Below are positions 18,835 to 27,294 of a stretch of 64,000 nt of DNA, piece by piece. The position numbers and the translations under genes are program-made. Source of the DNA: an uncultured Pseudomonadota bacterium (lineage in GTDB: Bacteria; Oederibacteriota; Muellerivitia; Muellerivitales; Muellerivitaceae); contig CAWIIP010000002.1 of assembly GCA_963836235.1 (NCBI GenBank), positions 416,001 to 480,000 of the forward strand. The letters run 5' to 3'. A model generated the notes under the pieces. It was not told the DNA's origin. It saw only the letters and a list, made by a program, of their open reading frames with translations, and did not search any database. Each line of letters begins with the position of its first letter. The stretch's first letter is position 1.

Positions 18835-20196
18835 TTAATGCCACAACTTAAAGTCGGCTTGGTAGCCTTGGATGTCCTTCTTGTTCAGGAACCAGCGTAA
18901 GTGATCGGAGAGGGCCGACATGTAGCGGTTTTCACCCATGGTCTGGACCTGCCAGCCATTTTCCTGTTTCAGCTTATCCAGCAGCGTCTGGACGTGCTGG
19001 GCGTAAAGCTGGTCGGGGCTGTCGTCGGGATAATAGGCGCTGACAAGGTAATCCATGGTTTGGTTGTCCCCCTGCCAGGCATTGGTGGAAAACCAAACGC
19101 CGTTGGAAAAAACGCTGACGAAGGAAAGGTGCGGGGCGATTTGTCCCGGCATCTTGAGGATTTCACTGTAAACTCCCGCGTCCTCCTTCATGCCCACGTC
19201 GAAAAAATTAGGGGAGGGCAATTGGGGAACCGTCATTTGGATGACCGGCCTAAAACCCATGGTTTGCAAGTGGGCTTGGAAGTCGGTGTAGGCGGTGATA
19301 TCCATCTCGCTGACTTGGCTTGAATTCTCCTGAATGATATGGATCGGCGGGATGCTGTCGGCCAATATCACGGAGGGCTTATCCAGGAGCGAGCCAACGC
19401 CAATAACGGCCCCCACGACCAGGAGGACAATCAGCCCCAAGAAAACATAGGTGGGAACCTTAAGTTTTTTAGCCAGGGGATCGAACATCTCGTAAGAATG
19501 GCGGATCAGGTACTTCATCCAAATCTTAGCCACTGAAAAAACCTTCATTTTTTTCAGGGACGCCGCGAGAGCTTCGCTATCCGCGGGAAAGGGGGCGGGC
19601 GCGGCGGAAACCACGGGCGATGGGGTTGCGGAAGCCTTTGGCAAAGAAGGTCCCGGGGTTGGGGAAGGCTTCATTGTTGCGCTCAAATCAACGGGAGGGT
19701 TGGGCGGAGGGCCCGGAGCAGCGGTTAAGGGAGAAGCTATAAGGGGTTTATCCAAAGAGACGGAACCCGGATGGACCGTGGGAGAAGGCAAGGGAGAAAT
19801 CACCTTAGGCTGTGGAACAGGACTGGGGATAACGGGAACTGGTGAAACCGATGGGGGAGCCGCGGTCGGCGGTGAAACAGCAACCGGAGGAGGCGGGACA
19901 ACTGCCGGGGGCTCAATTTTAGGGACGCTAGGCTTCGGAGAAGCGGCGAAGAGCCCCAAGGGGTCGTCATCCAGGCCTTTCCCCTTGAAGTTAAGGGGCG
20001 AGCCTCCCGCTGCGGATTGGCTGGCGGCTTTTAAAACCTCGGCCGTGGCCGCCTTGGTTTTGATTTCCTTGCAATTGGCGCAAATGGGCTGGTCCGCTTC
20101 CATCGACAGGCAATCCGCGCAATAGGGTTTATTGCAGGTGGCGCAATGGTCCTTGGCGATTTGATCGAAGTGCCGGACGCAATAGGTTTCTGCCAT
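18835..20196 (-). CDS. Hypothetical bitopic membrane protein: N-terminal B-box-like Zn finger, Pro-rich linker, TM, C-terminal extracytoplasmic domain
   Basis: CVRH...CATC...CADC...CANC, a Pro/Ser-rich stretch, and TM segment VFLGLIVLLVVGAVIGV. Confidence 0.75.
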   Translation of the reverse strand: MAETYCVRHFDQIAKDHCATCNKPYCADCLSMEADQPICANCKEIKTKAATAEVLKAASQSAAGGSPLNFKGKGLDDDPLGLFAASPKPSVPKIEPPAVVPPPPVAVSPPTAAPPSVSPVPVIPSPVPQPKVISPLPSPTVHPGSVSLDKPLIASPLTAAPGPPPNPPVDLSATMKPSPTPGPSLPKASATPSPVVSAAPAPFPADSEALAASLKKMKVFSVAKIWMKYLIRHSYEMFDPLAKKLKVPTYVFLGLIVLLVVGAVIGVGSLLDKPSVILADSIPPIHIIQENSSQVSEMDITAYTDFQAHLQTMGFRPVIQMTVPQLPSPNFFDVGMKEDAGVYSEILKMPGQIAPHLSFVSVFSNGVWFSTNAWQGDNQTMDYLVSAYYPDDSPDQLYAQHVQTLLDKLKQENGWQVQTMGENRYMSALSDHLRWFLNKKDIQGYQADFKLWH

Positions 20197-20214
20197 GAAA
20201 TTATCCTTTTCGAC

Positions 20215-20601
20215 TCACTTTTTCAGCGCTATCAAATCCATTTCGATGGAGGCGTTCTTGGGGAGCGCCGCCACTTGTACCACCGCCCTGGCCGGGGGCT
20301 CACCCGTAAATGTCCCTTCTAAAACTTTGTTCAATACCTCGAAATTTCCAAGGTCGGTCAAATAAACCGTCAGCTTCACCGTGTTTTTCAAATCGGCGCC
20401 CGCCGCCTTCAAAACTGCAGCGAAATTATCCAATATTCTCTTCGTTTGAGCCGCGATATCACCCTGAACGAGTTGGCCCGTTTTGGGATCCAGGGGAATC
20501 TGGCCGGAGCAGAAGATGAAATCCCCCGCTTCAATGGCCTGTGAGTAAGGGCCGATGGGGGCCGGCGCATCGGGTGAGACGACCACTATTCGCTCTTTCA
20601 T
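20215..20601 (-). CDS. ridA: RidA/YjgF/UK114 family enamine deaminase
   Basis: APAPIGPYSQA, FCSGQIPLDP, PPARAVVQVAALPK, IEMD. Confidence 0.93.
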   Translation of the reverse strand: MKERIVVVSPDAPAPIGPYSQAIEAGDFIFCSGQIPLDPKTGQLVQGDIAAQTKRILDNFAAVLKAAGADLKNTVKLTVYLTDLGNFEVLNKVLEGTFTGEPPARAVVQVAALPKNASIEMDLIALKK

Positions 20602-20645
20602 TTTAAAACGGCATTCCTTTCATCTCTATGAAACCCATGTTAATT

Positions 20646-22886
20646 TTACCTCGGTTCAATGCGGCGGGCGCTGACCACGCCCTTTACCCTCTGCAATTTT
20701 TTCAGGACTTTTTCCAGCTGGTCGGCCTTGGAAATGGCGATAACGAAATAACCCTGGGCCCACCCGCCCTCGGCCGCCTTGGCGTTGGCTTCGTTGATAA
20801 TCACCCCTTCTTCCGAGATGGCCAATAGCATGTCGGCCAAAAGCTTTTCCCGGTCTTTCCCCTTGACCTCGATGGCGACCTCATAAACCTGGCCAGCGTT
20901 TCCTTCCCAAGAAACGGGAATCATGCGGCTTTCGCCTTCGGGCAATTGAAGCGTATTGGGACAATCCGTGCGGTGGATGGAAACGCCCCGGCCCCGGGTT
21001 ACGTAGCCCACGATCGGATCGCCCGGGACGGGGGTGCAGCACCGGGCGAAACGGATCAGGAAATCCTTTTGCCCGCCGATGGAAATGCCCTTGGCCGACC
21101 CAGACGTCGGCGCGGCCGGAGTGGCGGGCTTGGAAGACTTGGCTTCAGTCGCTTTCTCGTCGTGCTTGTCGTGTTTTTCGACTTTTGGGTGTTCTTCCGT
21201 TTGGGTCTTTAAAACCAGCTTGTTCAAAATCTGCTTGGGTGAGATTTCCCCATGGCCCGTATTGGCCAGGAGTTCCTGGAGACTGTGGCAACCAAAATAT
21301 TCCAAAAGGCTTTCCAAAGCCCCCGACTTGAGCGAGGCGTTGAAATCCACGCCCATCCGCACCGCCTCTTTTTCCAGCAGGTGCTTTCCCTTGTCGACCT
21401 CGTCGGCGGAAAGGTGGGTCCGGAACCAATGCCGTATCTTGTTCTTGGCGCGGCTGGTGACGACGATCTTGAGCCAATCCCGGCTGGGCGTCCGGGAAGA
21501 CTGGGTCAGCACCTCGACGATATCGCTGTTTTTAAGCGTATAGCGCAGGGGAACCATATGGCCGTTGACCTTGACCCCCATGCAATGGGTCCCCACATCA
21601 GTGTGGACGGCGTAAGCGAAATCCAAGGCGGTCGCCCCCCGGGGCAGTTCCTTCACTTCGCCCTTTGGGGTAAAAACAAAAACCTCGTCGTCGAATAGGT
21701 CGACTTTCATGGCCTCGGCGAATTCGGTCGTGTCCTTGATATCCTGCTGAAGGTCCAAAAGCTGGCGCATCCAGGCAAATTTCTGGTCTTCCTTCTCGAC
21801 GCCGCGCCCTTCCTTGTAAATCCAATGGGCCGCGATTCCCTCCTCGGCGGTCCGGTGCATTTCGTAGGTCCGGATTTGGATTTCCAGCGGCTGGGCTTCG
21901 GGCCCCATCACCGTGGTATGGAGGCTTTGGTACATGTTATTTTTCGGCATAGCGACGTAATCCTTGAACCGGCCCGGAAGCGGCTTCCAAATAGTATGGA
22001 CCATCCCCAAAACCTCATAACATTCCTTGACCGACGAGGTCAAAACCCGGATGGCCATCAGGTCGAAAATTTCGTCGAAGCCCTTTTGCTGCTGGTTCAT
22101 CTTGTGATAGATGCTGGTGAAATGTTTGGAACGCCCCTGAACTTGGGCCGTGATGCCTGATTCCTTCAATTTTTCGTCCATGATCTGGAGGACGCTGGCC
22201 AGGACCTTTTCCCTTTCCGCCTTCTTCATGGCGACTTTCTTGACCAAATCATAATAAACGTCCGGTTCCAGGTAGCGGAGGCAGAGGTCTTCCAGTTCGC
22301 TCTTGATTTTGGCGATTCCCAGCCGATGGGCCAGGGGGGCGTAAATATCCAGGGTCTCGCTGGCCATCTTCTCCCGGCGGTCGGGCGGGAGGAAATCGAG
22401 GGTCCGCATATTGTGGGTGCGGTCGGCGAGTTTGATGAGGATGACCCGCACGTCCTTTGCCATGGCCACCAGCATTTTGCGGGTGCTTTCCGCCTGTCGG
22501 ATGGCCGTATCCTGGAATTGGCGGGTGGAAATCTTGGTGACCCCCTCCACCAAGTTGGCGATTTCCTCGCCGAATTCCGCCTTTAACTGGTCGTAGGTGA
22601 TCTTGGTGTCTTCGAGGATGTCATGCAACAAGCCGGCCGCGATCGTGACCGAATCCATGTTCAAATCCGCCAGAATGTCGGCGACCCCCACCAAATGGGT
22701 CAGGTATTCATCCCCGGAAAGGCGTTGTTGGCCTTCATGGGCTTTTTTGGCGAACTCATAGGCTTTTTGAATAAGAGGCCGGTCGAGGGAACTTTCCGGC
22801 AAGGGGGCGCCAGGGGAAGCGGAAGACGATTTTTCCAGAAGAGCCTGAATACCCATAGGGTTGACCTGAGTGCGTTCCCCGGCCAA
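20646..22886 (-). CDS. rel: Bifunctional (p)ppGpp synthetase/hydrolase (long RSH)
   Basis: LLHDILEDT (HD), KLADRTHN, KDYVAMPK.NMYQSLHT, EIQIRT, TGS domain DFAYAVHT, ZFD ARCC.P...IHRTDC, ACT domain. Confidence 0.97.
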   Translation of the reverse strand: MAGERTQVNPMGIQALLEKSSSASPGAPLPESSLDRPLIQKAYEFAKKAHEGQQRLSGDEYLTHLVGVADILADLNMDSVTIAAGLLHDILEDTKITYDQLKAEFGEEIANLVEGVTKISTRQFQDTAIRQAESTRKMLVAMAKDVRVILIKLADRTHNMRTLDFLPPDRREKMASETLDIYAPLAHRLGIAKIKSELEDLCLRYLEPDVYYDLVKKVAMKKAEREKVLASVLQIMDEKLKESGITAQVQGRSKHFTSIYHKMNQQQKGFDEIFDLMAIRVLTSSVKECYEVLGMVHTIWKPLPGRFKDYVAMPKNNMYQSLHTTVMGPEAQPLEIQIRTYEMHRTAEEGIAAHWIYKEGRGVEKEDQKFAWMRQLLDLQQDIKDTTEFAEAMKVDLFDDEVFVFTPKGEVKELPRGATALDFAYAVHTDVGTHCMGVKVNGHMVPLRYTLKNSDIVEVLTQSSRTPSRDWLKIVVTSRAKNKIRHWFRTHLSADEVDKGKHLLEKEAVRMGVDFNASLKSGALESLLEYFGCHSLQELLANTGHGEISPKQILNKLVLKTQTEEHPKVEKHDKHDEKATEAKSSKPATPAAPTSGSAKGISIGGQKDFLIRFARCCTPVPGDPIVGYVTRGRGVSIHRTDCPNTLQLPEGESRMIPVSWEGNAGQVYEVAIEVKGKDREKLLADMLLAISEEGVIINEANAKAAEGGWAQGYFVIAISKADQLEKVLKKLQRVKGVVSARRIEPR

Positions 22887-23000
22887 AGCCGAAGAACACC
22901 CTTTCCTTGCCTTAATTTAACATCTGGCCGGGGAAGATGACAACTATTGAGAACTAGGAGGTCTTTTTTGTCGAGATTCGACAGCCTGATATCATCTTGA

Positions 23001-24893
23001 TTAAGTCGGATTCACACCTAGGGATTTCAAATATTGAATCACTTGGGGGTCGCTTGGGTTCAGGGCATAAGCCTTTTTCCACACCGCGATGGCGTCTTCT
23101 TTTCGCTTAAGCTGTATATAGCAAACACCCAGGTTTAAGTAGGTTTGGAAATCACGGGGAGCATAGGTGAGAAATGCCTCAAAACCTTTCGCCGACTCTT
23201 CATAGCGTTTCAGTTGGAATAGGCAGACAGACATGGGCCAAAGAGGTGCGAAGTAATTAGGCGTGATGGCCTCCGCATTTTGAAAAAGCGACAAGGCCTC
23301 CTCCAGGCGTCCCTGGTTCATGCGGATCTGGCCCATGGGCAGCAAATTTTCGACGAAGTTGGGATTGAGCTCCAGCGATTTTTGATAGGCCTGATAAGCC
23401 GGTTCGATTTGGCCCGCCACTTCCAGCGCCTTACCGTCAGCGTTCCAGACCTTGGGATTGAGGGGGGAAAGCGAAACCAATCTGCCGCCGTAATAAGCCG
23501 CCCATTTTCCATATCCCAAGGAGGACTCGCCGACCGTATCCCGAAAGGCGATGGAGGAAGCGAGGGCCCGCAATCCGATGGTTGCGGGAATCAAAAAAGC
23601 CAATGCCAGGCAAATCTTTTGAATCGTCGTCATCGCCTTACCGGAATGGAAAAGGGCCGCCGGACGAAGCGCCAAGGGAGCCGCCAAAAAAAATCCAAAG
23701 AGAACGGCGGTCGGCGCCACTTGCAACGGAAAATTGCTGATGGATTGGATGAGCAAGGCCACCATTCCCCCGGCGATGCCGATCAAAAACTCTTTATCCT
23801 GGGGTTCGGAGGATGGATTTTTCAAAAACCGGCGAATCGATGCCGCGTAAACCACGAGAACCGCGAGAAAAAGCGACAAACCGGGAATTCCTCCCTCGAC
23901 TAAGAACTGGAGATATTCATTATGGGCGTGCTCGGAAAAGGTGTAGGGATGTTGGGGATAATCAATGGGAGCCCAGGGTTTCGATTGGTAAAGGGGAAAT
24001 TGGATCCCCAATTGGCCCAATCCAATGCCGAACCAGGGATGGTCCTTCGCCATTTCCCCGACCATTCGGTAAAGTTCCACCCTTTGCTGAAAGGTGATTT
24101 GCTTGGCGCTGAATAAGGCCGAACCTCCGTGCCGGGACACATAAACGCCCGCCGTGAGGACGAGCACACCGAAGGCCACCAAAACGAAACGGATATTTCG
24201 GCGGAACAAGTCCCTTCCCCACGAAAACAAAAAAACGATCGATAAAAACAGCGCCGCCGCCCCCAAGGCCAAAAAAGCTCCCCGGACGCGCGTCATCCAT
24301 AATCCCAAAAGGAGAAAAAGGGTCACTGCCCGAAACCACAACCACGATTCCTGATGATGGGACTGGATGGTTAAGATGAAGGCAAGGGGAATCAGTCCGG
24401 CTAGATATCCCCCTAAATAATCCGGGTTTCCCAGGGTGGAAAAAGCGCGGTGTTCAAAATGACTCGTCCAATCCACTTTTTCAACGCCAAAGCTTTGGAA
24501 CAACCCATGGATGGCCATGAGCGTGCCGGCGAATAAGGCCAAATGGGCCAGCTTTTCGTAGGAAGTTCCGCGGGAACAGGCGAAAATCACGGCGAGGAGG
24601 GTTCCGAAAATTAGGATCAGATGGACGGAGCCTTTCAACACTTCCAACTTTAAAAGTCCGACACCCAATGAATCTAAAACCATCCATAGCGTGAATAAAA
24701 GGGTGGCCAGGATTAGGGGTTGGCGAAAAAGGCCCCGCCCCTCAAAAGCGGCGCGAACCCCGAAATAAGCGATGACGAGGACCCCGATCAATTCTTTCGG
24801 AAGGGTGAATCCATCCGCCGCCCGGAAGAAAAAAGCGAGGGGAACCCATGCCAGGAGGGCCGAAAGAAGGATTTGTTGGAAACGAAATGTCAT
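23001..24893 (-). CDS. O-antigen ligase / O-oligosaccharyltransferase (Wzy_C)-family membrane protein with C-terminal TPRs
   Basis: Multi-TM; FSTLGNPDYLGGY, TRVRGA, HPWFGIGLG, HAHNEYLQ..VE.GI.G, SNFPLQV; C-terminal TPR repeats. Confidence 0.85.
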   Translation of the reverse strand: MTFRFQQILLSALLAWVPLAFFFRAADGFTLPKELIGVLVIAYFGVRAAFEGRGLFRQPLILATLLFTLWMVLDSLGVGLLKLEVLKGSVHLILIFGTLLAVIFACSRGTSYEKLAHLALFAGTLMAIHGLFQSFGVEKVDWTSHFEHRAFSTLGNPDYLGGYLAGLIPLAFILTIQSHHQESWLWFRAVTLFLLLGLWMTRVRGAFLALGAAALFLSIVFLFSWGRDLFRRNIRFVLVAFGVLVLTAGVYVSRHGGSALFSAKQITFQQRVELYRMVGEMAKDHPWFGIGLGQLGIQFPLYQSKPWAPIDYPQHPYTFSEHAHNEYLQFLVEGGIPGLSLFLAVLVVYAASIRRFLKNPSSEPQDKEFLIGIAGGMVALLIQSISNFPLQVAPTAVLFGFFLAAPLALRPAALFHSGKAMTTIQKICLALAFLIPATIGLRALASSIAFRDTVGESSLGYGKWAAYYGGRLVSLSPLNPKVWNADGKALEVAGQIEPAYQAYQKSLELNPNFVENLLPMGQIRMNQGRLEEALSLFQNAEAITPNYFAPLWPMSVCLFQLKRYEESAKGFEAFLTYAPRDFQTYLNLGVCYIQLKRKEDAIAVWKKAYALNPSDPQVIQYLKSLGVNPT

Positions 24894-24957
24894 TCGATTT
24901 CACCCTTGGAGGCAAAGTGAGGCTGAAACGTTTCCGATAATATCACAACACCCCGGT

Positions 24958-27294
24958 TCAACTAGGCCGAATATCTCCCATCGCTTTATCGAACTGGGTC
25001 TTCTGCGCCCTCCAAAATTCTGAAAACGGGTAAAGTTTCAAGGCTTCATTTAAACTCTCCCCCGCTTGTTCCCATTGATGGCCCTGGGCGGCTTTGATGA
25101 ATTCGGAAGCGGGTTTGGAAAAAAATAAAATCAAGTCGAATACCTCTGGTGAATTTTTTACTTCAGACGATGGAACAAGGTGATAAACGATCTGGTAATT
25201 CCGCTGATAAACGATCTCGGTGTTCTGTTGAATAAAGTCGTCTAATCTTTTCCATTCTTCCGGCGTCAAATCATAAAGGTGATAATCCGAGGATACCCGA
25301 ATCCCCTCCGGACCGTTAACCACCAAGTAGTCCACGCCCATTTGTTTAAGGCGGCGGCCGATGCCTTGGGTGTTGATCTCTTCCCTCGCCAGGACCGCCA
25401 GTTCCTGTTCGTCGAAAACGCTGTTGGTCAGAAAAGGACGGTCATAATAAAGTCCCCTGGCGTCCCCTACGATCAAAAGTCCCGAGTCCTGTGGGGTATT
25501 AAGGGAAATCCAGCGGGCCATGCTGAAATAAGGCGTGATTTTTCCCCGGCTTTCCAGGTAATCAGTCCTGCTCTGATGGCCGAACCAGACTCCGGCGCAT
25601 CCCGAGTATCGGGCGCTGATAGCCGATAAATACCCGAAAGAAAGGATGGCCGAGACCCCCGCCGCCAGGGCTAGAATTTTTCCCCAATGCGGCCGATTGC
25701 CTCCCGCGAAAACGCCTCCCAACAGAACATAAATCAGGATAAAACCCGTCCCAAGAAAACGCAGGATATGGGTCACTAAAAAGCCCGATAGGAAAAAGAA
25801 ACCGGTGGTCAAGGATATGAACCTCAAAGCCGGATGTCGAAGTTTAAACAGGAAAAGAAAAGGGATGAATGCCAAAGCGACAGGCCCGGAAAAGTCAAAA
25901 CCGTCGGGATTCGCCATCACGGCTTTCCAGGGAAGATAAAGCCACTCCCATCCATGGGCGATGCGGCCTTGTTGTTCGGTTAAAAGTTTCTGATAAGACT
26001 CCAGGGTTAAATGCCGCCCATCAAAGATGGCCGCAAAGTAAGGGAAAAAAGGGTTGCCGGTAAAAATGAAGTTTTTGAGAATCCAAGGACCCAATAAGAG
26101 GACGGCCCCAAAGAAAAGACCAATCCAATGACGAGAACGAAACCTTCTTAAAAATTCAGGTTGAACAAGTATCATTGCCAAAAAAGAACCAGCGACCATG
26201 AGAGCGGCTGTGTATTTGATGGAAAAAGCCAAAGCCATAAAAAGACCCGTAGCGGTCACCCAGGCGGCAGAAGGATTTTTATCTTTAAGACCGTGATAAC
26301 TGAAATAAAGAAAAAGGATCAAGGCCAACGCTAAGATCCCCTCCACTTGGGTACTCCAAATGTTGATGGCAAAAAGGGGCAAAGTGAGTACCAAGCCCAG
26401 GGTTAACCACCGTCCTTTTTCCCCTCCTATTTCGCGAGCCCATCCTCCCGCGAAAAGGGCGCAAAACCCAAAAGCGGCCGAATGAAGCATCTTGGCGGCC
26501 TCCGTCCCTCGAAAAACGAACCCATTAAAATAAAAAAGTTCCCCGCCATATGGATAATTGGAAAAAAAATTGGTGGGGAAATCGCAAATGCCGTGTTTCA
26601 AAAGCCAATACTGGGGCACCGCCAGGTGATAAACCATGGAGTCATAAAAAGTTTCCGGGACAAGGCCGTGGGCTATGGAAAAAAATAAATAAATCGCTCC
26701 CGCTGCGAACAAGAAAAAATAACTAGCGTCCCGGGGAAAAACTTTTCGCGCCAAATGCGATGCCCCTCGAACGATATCAACCATATTTTGGAAAACAAGG
26801 GCGCTCAAAAGTATACCCATGGTGGCGAAAAAAGGCTTCGTCCAGACCCGGACCAATCCCGAGCCGAGCCAAAACATATCCAAAAAAACAATCCCCAATC
26901 CGAATTCCATTCCCCATCGAAGCCAAGCGTCAGAGGGGTTGATGAAAAAAAATAGGCGAACCTGCCTCCCCCAAGAAATCGTGACCAGCAAAATAAAAGA
27001 TGTTGTCAGCGCAATTAAGAACGATTCTTTAAAAACCATAAGTGCTTGGGAGTTTTCAAGGACGGAAAAAGCGCTCGTATTAAAAGCCGCGGGGATCAAA
27101 TCGAGAGCCGGTCCAATAGACCAAAAATAATAGCCCAAAACAAAAGCGACCCATGACCAAGCGACCCAAAAAGCCGTACGACTTTTACGACATTCCGCGA
27201 CCACATGAAAAACGGCGGAGGGATTCACGAGGAGCCTGTCCCTTTCGCCCGGTTTTTCCCGCTTTCTTTCAAAAGATTCATTTTTTCCACCCAA
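24958..27294 (-). CDS. Multi-pass GT-C-fold glycosyltransferase (ArnT/PMT-like), paralog A
   Basis: PETFYDSMVYHLAVP, AFSIKYT, PWILKN...GNPFFPY, LLIVGDARGLYY; many TM segments; true start may lie downstream of 27294. Confidence 0.75.
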   Translation of the reverse strand: MGGKNESFERKREKPGERDRLLVNPSAVFHVVAECRKSRTAFWVAWSWVAFVLGYYFWSIGPALDLIPAAFNTSAFSVLENSQALMVFKESFLIALTTSFILLVTISWGRQVRLFFFINPSDAWLRWGMEFGLGIVFLDMFWLGSGLVRVWTKPFFATMGILLSALVFQNMVDIVRGASHLARKVFPRDASYFFLFAAGAIYLFFSIAHGLVPETFYDSMVYHLAVPQYWLLKHGICDFPTNFFSNYPYGGELFYFNGFVFRGTEAAKMLHSAAFGFCALFAGGWAREIGGEKGRWLTLGLVLTLPLFAINIWSTQVEGILALALILFLYFSYHGLKDKNPSAAWVTATGLFMALAFSIKYTAALMVAGSFLAMILVQPEFLRRFRSRHWIGLFFGAVLLLGPWILKNFIFTGNPFFPYFAAIFDGRHLTLESYQKLLTEQQGRIAHGWEWLYLPWKAVMANPDGFDFSGPVALAFIPFLFLFKLRHPALRFISLTTGFFFLSGFLVTHILRFLGTGFILIYVLLGGVFAGGNRPHWGKILALAAGVSAILSFGYLSAISARYSGCAGVWFGHQSRTDYLESRGKITPYFSMARWISLNTPQDSGLLIVGDARGLYYDRPFLTNSVFDEQELAVLAREEINTQGIGRRLKQMGVDYLVVNGPEGIRVSSDYHLYDLTPEEWKRLDDFIQQNTEIVYQRNYQIVYHLVPSSEVKNSPEVFDLILFFSKPASEFIKAAQGHQWEQAGESLNEALKLYPFSEFWRAQKTQFDKAMGDIRPS

